Assembly (NCBI GenBank): GCA_046302855.1
Contig: JBKCHH010000005.1
Coordinates: forward strand, 26-64,025
Source of the DNA: Alphaproteobacteria bacterium
Lineage (GTDB): Bacteria; Pseudomonadota; Alphaproteobacteria; Rickettsiales; UBA8987
Direction: 5' to 3'
DNA: 64,000 nucleotides
Positions 40,179-48,230 of the stretch are shown here, in pieces. The notes under the pieces are model-generated. The model saw only the letters and a list, made by a program, of their open reading frames with translations. It made no database searches and was not told the origin of the DNA. Numbering within the stretch: the stretch's first letter is position 1; each line of letters opens with the position of its first letter. Made by a program: the position numbers and the translations under genes.

Positions 40179-41224
40179 TAAAGCCTAGAAACATAATAAT
40201 ATTTATAATATTGGCTGTAGTGCTATTTTTATTTTCAGGCTCACTATTAATTGTTCGCCAAACAGAGCAGGCTTTGATATTAAGTTTCGGTCAACCCCTT
40301 AGAATAATTAATGGTGTGGATGAAGATAAACCCGGCATCTACCTAAAAAAGCCATTCTTTTTAGAAACAGTAGTAAAGTTCGATAAAAGAATTATGCATT
40401 TTGATGCGGATGCAAAGCTGGTTTCAATATCTGGTTTGAGTGTTGGTGGCGATTTAGATTCTTCTAACAAGGCAAAAAAGAAGGTGGAAATAGAAAAACT
40501 GGATGAGAAAAAGGAAGAAAAGAAAGAAGCCAGCAACACTAATATTACCGAAGATGTTAACACTTCTCGTATTATTGTAGATGCCTTCGCCAAGTATAGA
40601 ATTAACAATCCTTTAGATTACTATCAAGCAGGCTTTACTGATAGCACCCTTAGAACTAGGCTGGATGCAATTTTAGAATCTAACCTAAGAAAGGTAATAG
40701 GCACAATTTCTTTAGATGATTTGCTTACTTCAAAAAGAAGAGAAGTAATGGAAGAAATAAGGAATAAAATCAACGCAGAGCTTAGCAAAAACAAGGATGA
40801 TAAATCTAAAAACAGCACCTCTTTTGGTATAGAAATTGTTGATGTTCGCATAAAAAGGGCAGATTTAGTGCCAGACAATTACTTTCGCGTAGTAAATAAA
40901 ATGAAAGCAGAATTTGAAAAGGCTGCCAGAGAATTTAGAGCACAAGGGGCGGAAGAGGCTCAAAAAATTACCGCTGAAGCAGACAAAGAAAAAACTATTT
41001 TACTAGCAGAGGCTGATAAAAAATCAAAAATCCTAAAAGGGCAAGGCGAAGCTGAAGCTACAAAAACCTATTCTGCCGCCTATTCTCTAGATAGAAACTT
41101 CTACGAATTTTATCGTAGCCTTGAGGCCTATAAGAACTCATTAAAAAGCACTGATACTAAATTTATTTTGTCTCCAGATAGTGAATTTTTAAAATTCATG
41201 AATAAAAATCGCGATGGCGAATAA
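40175..41224 (+). CDS. hflC: FtsH protease modulator HflC
   Basis: 349 aa. 4-nt overlap with hflK. SPFH domain with a Lys/Glu-rich insertion. GIEIVDVRIKRADL. Confidence 0.85.
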   Translation: MIKPRNIIIFIILAVVLFLFSGSLLIVRQTEQALILSFGQPLRIINGVDEDKPGIYLKKPFFLETVVKFDKRIMHFDADAKLVSISGLSVGGDLDSSNKAKKKVEIEKLDEKKEEKKEASNTNITEDVNTSRIIVDAFAKYRINNPLDYYQAGFTDSTLRTRLDAILESNLRKVIGTISLDDLLTSKRREVMEEIRNKINAELSKNKDDKSKNSTSFGIEIVDVRIKRADLVPDNYFRVVNKMKAEFEKAAREFRAQGAEEAQKITAEADKEKTILLAEADKKSKILKGQGEAEATKTYSAAYSLDRNFYEFYRSLEAYKNSLKSTDTKFILSPDSEFLKFMNKNRDGE

Positions 41225-41227
41225 GAA

Positions 41228-42673
41228 ATGACGAATAGAAAACAAAAACTCTTTAACTTTCTTCTTACCCTTGCCCTATTTTTTTATTCATCACCCCTAT
41301 TTGCCAAAGATTCAATTAACGATGTTCTATTTAAAATAGAGCCAACAATAGTTACCCTATACGCTTATGGCGATAATAACTTTAGCATAAAGCGGGAAGA
41401 TTTAATTCAAAAATCTTTCGGCAAAATTCAAGTGGATCACTTTTTAAATGGCTATACCGACCAATTAACTGATCCTGCTGATAAGTTTGATGAAGAAAAA
41501 TTATCTAAAATAAAAAATTATCTAGGCACAGGCTTTATTATAGACGCAAGTGGCTATATTCTAACCAACTATTCCATTATAAAAACTGATAGTAAAATTA
41601 AGGCAATAATTGAAGGCAAGGAATATGATGTAGATACTGTTGGGGAGGATAGAAAAACCAATTTATCTCTACTAAAAGTAAAGGAGCTTTCTAACTTTCC
41701 AAGTATTGGTATTGCAGATTCAGATGCGGTAAAGGTTACCGATGAGGTTTTTATAGTAGCCAACCCCTTTAATATTGGCACCTCTGCCAGTAGCAACCAA
41801 ATTAGCTTCCGCCCCAAAGTAATGTCTGTGGGGAATTGGGAAGATTTTTTCCAGCTTTCATCTTACACCTCTATCTACTGCGGTGGTGCACCTTTAATTA
41901 ACAATGCGGGTGAAGTAGTTGGCATTTGCGATCCAAGACTTGAGAATAAAAATAACATTGGCTTTGCCATTCCCTCATCCGTAATAAAAATCTTCTTAGA
42001 GCATGTAAAAAAAGATAGGCGGATGAAAAGAATAAATGTGGGCTTTAAAGCAAAAGATATAGATGATTACGATATTTCTAAATACGGGCTATATTCAACG
42101 CAGGGGCTAATTATAGATTCAGTAAAGCCTGCAACCCCAGCTAGTGATTTGGGTTTAAAGCAAGGTGATATCATAACCCGCTTTAATGGCTTAACTGTAA
42201 AAAATAAATATAGTTTTGAGCAGATTTTGTCATCCATTCCCGTTGGCTCTAGGGTGGATGTTGATTTCATAAGAAACAGCAGGGTTAGAACCCTTGTAAT
42301 GTCTATTCAGGAATTGGAGCAAAAGGCAAATGTTTTGGCTGAAATTAATAAATCTAAAAAAAGAGAGAAACCAAAAACAAAAACCATTCTTGGGCTTGTG
42401 TTAGAGCCAATTACCGAAGAGTTAATAAAGGAATATTCTCTTGTGCAAAGCTCTAAAGGCTTGGTGGTAACGGCCGTAACTGCTGGCTCTCCTGCTGAAA
42501 CTAAGGGTATTAAATCAGGCGATTTAATTATAAAGGCAGATAGCACTGAACTAGAAAAAACAGAGGATTTATCTACCACCCTAGCTGAAGCAATAAAGGG
42601 TGGTAAAAGCTCTGTTCTTCTACTAGTTATCCGCAAGGAAAGCAGCTTTTTTGTAGTGATAGATGTGAAGTAA
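41228..42673 (+). CDS. HtrA/DegP-family protein with all three catalytic-triad positions substituted (predicted inactive), two PDZ-like regions
   Basis: 481 aa with a signal peptide. Hand alignment to E. coli DegP: TNNHVV becomes TNYSII (His to Ser), SDIALI becomes TNLSLL (Asp to Asn), GNSGGAL becomes YCGGAPL (Ser to Gly). PDZ-type GLKQGDIITRFNG and GIKSGDLIIKAD are retained. Confidence 0.8.
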   Translation: MTNRKQKLFNFLLTLALFFYSSPLFAKDSINDVLFKIEPTIVTLYAYGDNNFSIKREDLIQKSFGKIQVDHFLNGYTDQLTDPADKFDEEKLSKIKNYLGTGFIIDASGYILTNYSIIKTDSKIKAIIEGKEYDVDTVGEDRKTNLSLLKVKELSNFPSIGIADSDAVKVTDEVFIVANPFNIGTSASSNQISFRPKVMSVGNWEDFFQLSSYTSIYCGGAPLINNAGEVVGICDPRLENKNNIGFAIPSSVIKIFLEHVKKDRRMKRINVGFKAKDIDDYDISKYGLYSTQGLIIDSVKPATPASDLGLKQGDIITRFNGLTVKNKYSFEQILSSIPVGSRVDVDFIRNSRVRTLVMSIQELEQKANVLAEINKSKKREKPKTKTILGLVLEPITEELIKEYSLVQSSKGLVVTAVTAGSPAETKGIKSGDLIIKADSTELEKTEDLSTTLAEAIKGGKSSVLLLVIRKESSFFVVIDVK

Positions 42674-42693
42674 GAACCCCTAACCATTGTAAA

Positions 42694-42815
42694 GTCGCCA
42701 TTGCGAGGAGCTTTCTCAAAAAAGCGACGCGGCAATCCAGTAAATAAAATTCAAAAAATATACCAAAAATATTGTATTTATAAACTGGATTGCTTGCGTG
42801 CCGCCTCGCAATGAC
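42694..42815. repeat. palindromic element, type B
   Basis: gtcgccattgcgagg...gcgacgcggcaatccag...ctggattgcttgcgtgccgcctcgcaatgac. Lies in the convergent htrA/miaA gap. Confidence 0.85.
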
Positions 42816-42843
42816 GCGGTTTTGCCCAAAAATAAATCTTCGC

Positions 42844-43704
42844 TTACAAATCCACCCTCTCAAAAAAACTAAGTTGCGTTCTGTAAAAGGTGAATTGGCG
42901 TTTGGCGTAGTTTCTGGTATTTTGCTTGGCTTTGGTAATAGCATCTAGAAGTGAAATTTCTCCATTTAGATATTTTTTAATTTCTGGCACACCGTGCGCG
43001 CGCATTATGGGGTAAGAATCATCTAGGTTTAATTCTAGCAAGCCCTTCACTTCCTCTATCACCCCCCCTTTAATCATAGAATCAAACCGATTATTAATAT
43101 TTTCGTAAACCACCTGCCTATCAACATTTAAAAATAGTGGAGTAAAGTCTTGCAAAGGAAAACAAGGATTATCTTCAAGTTGCTGAAATTTACTAATAGA
43201 AAAACCAGTTTCAATCACCACTTCTAACGCCCTTTTTATGCGTTGCGTATCGCCTGCCTTTAGTTTATTTGCCATTAAAGGGTCTAGTTTTTGCAATTCC
43301 TCTAATTGATTGATATCCTTCACCAACTCTTTAGTTTTATTAGAAATTTTTGGAATATTACTAATGCCAAAAATAAGTGATTTTATATACATGCCAGTTC
43401 CCCCCACCAAAATTGGCGTTTTGCCAGAATTTAAGGCGTGATTAATTTCTTGCAGAGCCTTATTTCGCCAACTAGCAACTGTGCCTATTTCACTGGCATT
43501 AAGGTAAGAAAATAGCTTATGAGGATACATCTCTAGCTCTTCACTACTTGGTTGATTGGTAAGAATTGGCAGATTCTTATAAGATTGCATGGCATCGGCA
43601 TTAATTATTACCGCCTGCTTAAAGTTTTTTGCCAATTGGTAAGAGAATTTTGTTTTTCCGCTTGCAGTAGGCCCAAAAATGATAATAATTCGCGAAAATT
43701 TCAT
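42844..43704 (-). CDS. miaA: tRNA dimethylallyltransferase
   Basis: 286 aa. IIIFGPTASGKT P-loop, LVGGTGMYIKSL. Confidence 0.9.
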   Translation of the reverse strand: MKFSRIIIIFGPTASGKTKFSYQLAKNFKQAVIINADAMQSYKNLPILTNQPSSEELEMYPHKLFSYLNASEIGTVASWRNKALQEINHALNSGKTPILVGGTGMYIKSLIFGISNIPKISNKTKELVKDINQLEELQKLDPLMANKLKAGDTQRIKRALEVVIETGFSISKFQQLEDNPCFPLQDFTPLFLNVDRQVVYENINNRFDSMIKGGVIEEVKGLLELNLDDSYPIMRAHGVPEIKKYLNGEISLLDAITKAKQNTRNYAKRQFTFYRTQLSFFERVDL

Positions 43705-43722
43705 AAAGAATAAGGTATATCA

Positions 43723-44634
43723 ATGCAGGTATTAACAGCAGTATCTAACCCACATCTTACTAAACTAGATGGCACACAAATCAACCATATTACTGATATT
43801 ATTAAGAAAAATGATGGAAAAATACTAGATATCGATGCCTTAAAACAGCTAGAAGCCTTTGAGATAAGTTTTTCTACCCTCAACCCCGCCTCAGTAGATA
43901 AGATTTTTATAGAGATGGAGAAATTTAAGCAACTAAACCTAATAGACTTTGCCATTCAAGAAAAAACTGATGATAGGAAAAAAAAGCTCCTTCTTGCCGA
44001 TATGGATTCTACCATAATAGAGCAGGAATGTTTGGATGAAATGGCACTGCTAGCTGGCATAAAAGATAAAATCCAGCTAATTACCGAAAAGGCAATGCGG
44101 GGCGAAATTAACTTTGAAAATGCTTTAATTGAGAGAATAAACTATCTAACTGATGTTCCTGTAAAAATAATGGAGCAGGTCTATGAGAAAATAAAAATAA
44201 GGGCAGGTGCCAAAAGTTTGGTAAATACTATGAAGGTAAATGGCGCTAGAACAATTTTAATTTCTGGCGGCTTTACCTTTTTTACCGAAAAAATTGCTAA
44301 TGCCGTTGGTTTTGATATTCAAAAGGCAAATGTGCTAGAGGAATCAAACGGCATGTTTACCGGCAAGGTAAGAATGCCAATTTTAGGGCCAAATGCAAAG
44401 CTGGAATGTTTAAAAATAAACGCCAAAGAGCTTGGAATTTCTATCAAGCAAGCAATAGCCGTGGGTGATGGGGCAAATGACTTGGGCATAATTCAAAATG
44501 CTGGTATTGGGGTTGCATTTAAAGCCAAGCCTATAATCCGCAACGCCACTAAATTTAGAATTGATTATTGTGATTTAACTGCTTTACTATACTTTCAAGG
44601 TTATAATAGCTACGAGATTCACTATATAAATTAA
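43723..44634 (+). CDS. serB: phosphoserine phosphatase
   Basis: 303 aa. HAD motifs LLLADMDSTIIEQE, ILISGGFTFF, AVGDGANDL. Confidence 0.85.
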   Translation: MQVLTAVSNPHLTKLDGTQINHITDIIKKNDGKILDIDALKQLEAFEISFSTLNPASVDKIFIEMEKFKQLNLIDFAIQEKTDDRKKKLLLADMDSTIIEQECLDEMALLAGIKDKIQLITEKAMRGEINFENALIERINYLTDVPVKIMEQVYEKIKIRAGAKSLVNTMKVNGARTILISGGFTFFTEKIANAVGFDIQKANVLEESNGMFTGKVRMPILGPNAKLECLKINAKELGISIKQAIAVGDGANDLGIIQNAGIGVAFKAKPIIRNATKFRIDYCDLTALLYFQGYNSYEIHYIN

Positions 44635-44694
44635 CTATTTATTAATCTCTATTGTTATATATACAGAAATTAACTAAATGCTTCAGGTAGTGCC

Positions 44695-44970
44695 ATGCTA
44701 TATCTTTCTAGAAAAATAGGGGAAACGATTATAATAAATGATAATATTGAAGTTACCGTTATTGATGTAAGCGGTAAAACCGTAAAGCTGGGCTTTGTTT
44801 ACCCAAATACTGCCAGCGTTTTACGCAAAGAAATTCACGAAAGAATAAAGGCAGAAAATGAATCTGCCAAACTTTCTAACAATAGTGATGAAAATATTCA
44901 AGAAATTCAAAAGGCGTTCAAAACCCTAACCCTACGCCGTAAACAACAGCAAGAAGAAGAAAATAAGTAG
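44695..44970 (+). CDS. csrA: carbon storage regulator CsrA with extended C-terminus
   Basis: 91 aa. MLYLSRKIGETIIINDNIEVTVIDVSGKTVKLGF...VLRKEIHERI, followed by about 35 extra residues. Confidence 0.85.
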   Translation: MLYLSRKIGETIIINDNIEVTVIDVSGKTVKLGFVYPNTASVLRKEIHERIKAENESAKLSNNSDENIQEIQKAFKTLTLRRKQQQEEENK

Positions 44971-44996
44971 GCTGAAAGATTTTTAAAAGTGAGGTT

Positions 44997-45268
44997 AAAA
45001 GACCCCCAGCGGTTGCTGGGGGGGGTAGTGGGGGTGAGCTAGGCTTTCTTGCCTAACTCATCAAGATGTGATAGAGAACGGCAGGGGGAAGCGAAGCGTT
45101 ATGGCCGTCCCTTGTTTTAGGACGGTATACGACCCCCGTTCTGTTCTCATACACCCGGGAGAAGCACTGGCTTCTGTCAAATCCTCAATCAATTGACTGA
45201 GGATTCTTGCGTCGCAGGTGAAGTGCGCTTGTAGGACTTGTAGGCGACCCATTGTGGGACTCCGTAAA
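44997..45268 (-). ncRNA. G+C-rich transcription unit B: candidate structured RNA of unknown class
   Basis: G+C well above flanks. Extended -10-like TGCTATTGT (45276..45284, minus) upstream and a terminator at 45003..45022. Hairpins aatcctca-N10-tgaggatt and ccgtcc-N9-ggacgg, long-range gagaac...ggggg / ccccc...gttctc pairing, tandem cctacaag x2. The only ORF (63-97 aa) has no family-like features. Confidence 0.4.
45003..45022 (-). terminator. terminator hairpin of unit B (possibly bidirectional with csrA)
   Basis: cccccagc-ggtt-gctggggg. On the minus strand it is followed by tctttt. Lies 33 nt after the csrA stop. Confidence 0.6.
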
Positions 45269-45365
45269 AAGGTGGACAATAGCATTTTAGTAGAGAGAGA
45301 GTTGTCAATACAAAATACTGATATTTTAAAAGAAAGTTTTAGGTTTTTAACCAAATTTTAATATA
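45269..45365 (-). promoter_or_regulatory. conserved upstream module, copy B (paralogous to 15846..15950)
   Basis: TTAA-N7-TTAA (45347..45361), TTGACA (45303..45308), (GA)5 tract 45292..45301, TGCTATTGT (45276..45284). Similarity continues into the first ~15 transcribed nt (CCAYYTTTTTAC). Confidence 0.5.
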
Positions 45366-45480
45366 TGATTCAAGTGGTAACAAAGGGGCTTGGCATATTT
45401 TTATTGCTAATAATTACATCTTCTAATATAGAACCCATACTTTTAAACTTAAGTTTATTTCTATAGTTTACCTATTCTAC

Positions 45481-45497
45481 GGGGTAGAGCAGTCTGG
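45481..45497 (+). repeat. duplicated 5' fragment of tRNA-fMet
   Basis: 17/17 nt identity (ggggtagagcagtctgg) with positions 4-20 of the tRNA at 45579. Followed by a perfect 12-bp hairpin tataagtttttt/aaaaaacttata. Confidence 0.7.
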
Positions 45498-45578
45498 CCT
45501 TATAAGTTTTTTCCTTTAAAAAACTTATATAAATTAAATTTGCTACCAGACTTTTATCTCCCTCGTGTTATTACCCGT

Positions 45579-45655
<77 letters not shown>

Positions 45656-45732
45656 ATCTAAAAGTATAATTAAAAAAATGCGGCGCGTTTTAAGAATTTT
45701 TTAAGTTTGATTTTCTACCAACCCTTAAATCT

Positions 45733-46458
45733 TCAACCCATAAACTTGCCACCGTTTATGTGCAAGGTTGTGCCAGTTATATAGGAAGATTCTTCTGATG
45801 CTAAAAATAAGGCACATCTGGCAATTTCATCGGCCTGCCCTAGCCTTTTTACCGGAACAGAATCAACAATATGTTGTAAGATGGTTGCATCTATTTTTGC
45901 TACCATATCTGTTTCTACATAGCCCGGTGCTATTGCATTTACAGTAATTCCCTTAGTAGCATTTTCTAAAGCCAATGCTTTTGTGAAGCCAAGAATTCCA
46001 GCCTTTGAAGCACAATAGTTAGTTTGCCCTATCTGCCCAGTTGAGGCGTTGATTGATGCCATGTTAATTATTCTGCCAAAGCCCTTCTCCCTCATAGATT
46101 TTATTACTAGGCTTGATAAATTAAATACTGAACCTAGGTTGGTATTTATTACCGCATCCCAATTTTCTCTTGTTTGTTTGTGAAGAAAGCCATCCCTAGT
46201 AATGCCAGCGTTATTCACTAATATTTCGATAGAGCCATGCTCTTCTTCAATTTCTTTCACCGCCTTTTCACATTGAGAAAATGAAGAAACATCCCACTTT
46301 TTTACTATAATCCCAGTTTCTGCATTAAACTTATTTGCAGATTCATCATGGCTTGCATAGTTGGCTATTACCTTGTATCCACTTTCTTTAAACAGTTTGG
46401 ATACTGCCTCGCCTATTCCTCTTGTGCCGCCTGTTACTAAAACTAATTTTTTGCTCAT
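45733..46458 (-). CDS. phbB: acetoacetyl-CoA reductase (SDR family)
   Basis: 241 aa. VTGGTRGIG, NNAGITRD, and YCASKAG catalytic Tyr/Lys. The overall pattern matches PhaB better than FabG. Confidence 0.75.
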   Translation of the reverse strand: MSKKLVLVTGGTRGIGEAVSKLFKESGYKVIANYASHDESANKFNAETGIIVKKWDVSSFSQCEKAVKEIEEEHGSIEILVNNAGITRDGFLHKQTRENWDAVINTNLGSVFNLSSLVIKSMREKGFGRIINMASINASTGQIGQTNYCASKAGILGFTKALALENATKGITVNAIAPGYVETDMVAKIDATILQHIVDSVPVKRLGQADEIARCALFLASEESSYITGTTLHINGGKFMG

Positions 46459-46475
46459 ATTGCTACCATAGGTTG

Positions 46476-47687
46476 TTATTTGTGAACATATTTTCTTTTT
46501 ACAAATTCATCAACAATTTTTATGAAGTCTTGATAAATATTTTCGCCCCTTAGAGTGTGGGTTTTTTTACCATCAATAAATACTGGTGCAATGGGTGATT
46601 CTCCAGTGCCAGGCAAGCTAATGCCAATATCTGCATGTTTACTTTCTCCAGGCCCATTTACAATACAGCCCATTACCGCCACCTTCATATTTTCCACCCC
46701 CTTATATTTTTTGCTCCATTTGGGCATCTGCTCTTTTAAATAGAATTCAATATCTTGTGCTAATGTTAAAAAATATTCTGAAGTGGTTCGCCCACAACCT
46801 GGGCAAGCAGTAACTGTTGGCAAAAAAGCCCTTATGCCAAGCGATTGCAAAATTTCTCTAGCAACCTGCACCTCTTTTGTTCTATCGCCATTTGGTTCTG
46901 GAGTAAGTGAAACCCTAATGGTATCGCCAATGCCTTCATTTAATAAAATAGATAGGGCAGCAGATGAGGCAACTATGCCCTTTACCCCCATTCCAGCCTC
47001 TGTTAAGCCAAGGTGAAGGGCAAAATTGCACTTTTTTGCAAGCTCCCTATAAACCTTAACAAGGGTTTGCACCTTGCTAACCTTGCAAGAAATTATAATC
47101 TTATCTTCACCTAGCCCATACTCCATAGCCTTGTTAGCAGAAATTATGCTAGAGGAAACTAACGCCTGAACCATTACTTCATCGGCTGGTTGTGGATTTT
47201 TTAACCTAGCATTTTCATCCATTAGACTCGCTAACAAGGCTTGGTCTAGCGAACCCCAATTAACTCCAATCCGCACTGGCTTGTTGTTTTGAATGGCAAT
47301 TTGAATAATTTGAGCAAATTGCTTATCCTTTTTTTCTCCAAAGCCAACATTTCCGGGATTAATGCGATATTTATCTAATAGCCTTGCCGTTTCTGGATAT
47401 TTTTCTAGCAACAAATGCCCATTATAATGAAAATCGCCCACTATGGGAACGGGAATGTTGTTTTTTATAAGCCTTTGTTTTATTTCAGGAAATTTTTGAG
47501 CCGAAGCCTCATTATTCATGGTAATTCTAACAATTTCGCTCCCCGATAAATAGAGTTCTTTTATTTGTTGATAGGTTTTCTCAACATCACTACTATCAGT
47601 ATTGGTCATGGATTGCACCACGATAGGATTATTACCGCCCACCCAAATATTTCCAACCTTCACTGCTATAGTTTTATGCCTTAACAT
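46476..47687 (-). CDS. ispG: 4-hydroxy-3-methylbut-2-en-1-yl diphosphate synthase
   Basis: 403 aa. [30 protein letters not shown]. Confidence 0.93.
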   Translation of the reverse strand: MLRHKTIAVKVGNIWVGGNNPIVVQSMTNTDSSDVEKTYQQIKELYLSGSEIVRITMNNEASAQKFPEIKQRLIKNNIPVPIVGDFHYNGHLLLEKYPETARLLDKYRINPGNVGFGEKKDKQFAQIIQIAIQNNKPVRIGVNWGSLDQALLASLMDENARLKNPQPADEVMVQALVSSSIISANKAMEYGLGEDKIIISCKVSKVQTLVKVYRELAKKCNFALHLGLTEAGMGVKGIVASSAALSILLNEGIGDTIRVSLTPEPNGDRTKEVQVAREILQSLGIRAFLPTVTACPGCGRTTSEYFLTLAQDIEFYLKEQMPKWSKKYKGVENMKVAVMGCIVNGPGESKHADIGISLPGTGESPIAPVFIDGKKTHTLRGENIYQDFIKIVDEFVKRKYVHK

Positions 47688-47731
47688 TTATATTTACTGA
47701 TAGTTAAAATTTAGTAGCTTAAGGGTTATCT

Positions 47732-48208
47732 ATGAATAAAACTTTATACATAATATTTCTGCTGACCATTTTCTATGGAAATATAGTAAAGGCAAGCGCG
47801 GATTTGCAAATCCCCCGATTTGTATCTTTAAAATCAGATTCCGCTAATGCACGGTTTGGACCCGGTGCTAAGTATGACATAAAATGGCAGTATATAAAAA
47901 AGAATATGCCTATCGAAATTATTGCAGAATTTGAAGATTGGCGTAAGGTTCGTGATGTGCAGGGCGATGAGGCTTGGCTTCACCGTGCTATGCTAAGTGG
48001 TAGAAGAACCGCAATCATAACAAATAAAACGCAGTTTATAAGAGAAAAGCCAGATGAAGATTCAAAGCCAATAGCAAAACTAGAGGTGGGGGTTAGCGGT
48101 ATTTTAAAATCTTGCCAAAAAGATTATTGTTTATTTTCTATAAGAGGTTATGAGGGCTGGATAGGAAAAAAATTCATTTGGGGCGCTTATAAGGACGAAA
48201 CCTTTTAA
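47732..48208 (+). CDS. secreted bacterial SH3-like domain protein (DUF1058-like)
   Basis: 158 aa. Signal peptide, then RFVSLKSDSANARFGPGAKYDIKWQYIKKNMPIEIIAEFEDWRKVRD. Confidence 0.6.
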   Translation: MNKTLYIIFLLTIFYGNIVKASADLQIPRFVSLKSDSANARFGPGAKYDIKWQYIKKNMPIEIIAEFEDWRKVRDVQGDEAWLHRAMLSGRRTAIITNKTQFIREKPDEDSKPIAKLEVGVSGILKSCQKDYCLFSIRGYEGWIGKKFIWGAYKDETF

Positions 48209-48230
48209 AACTAATTTTAACTAATATTTT

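Noticed and set aside
44997-45268. Assigning units A or B to tmRNA, RNase P RNA, SRP RNA or 6S RNA
   Set aside because: I looked for GAGGAAAGTCC and ACAGAA-type P4 strands, a GGTTCGA-type T-arm with a CCA end and an ANDN...AA tag frame, the GGAAGCAGC SRP motif, and a closing stem with a central bubble. None is convincingly present. B has only acagaac by chance-level similarity. A proper cmscan is still needed.
44997-45268. Unit B as a CsrB/RsmZ-type CsrA-sequestering RNA, because it abuts csrA
   Set aside because: Only three GGA motifs occur in about 270 nt, and they are not placed in hairpin loops. Known decoys carry many.
45303-45308. TTGACA/TTGAAA in the shared module as a canonical -35 paired with the conserved -10-like element
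   Set aside because: The spacing to TATTGT is about 21 nt in copy B and about 29 nt in copy A, outside the 16-18 nt window. The TGn extended -10 reading is more consistent.
45395-45412. Possible sigma54 promoter TTGGCAtatttttatTGC upstream of tRNA-fMet
   Set aside because: The GG-to-GC spacing is 12 nt rather than the required 10.
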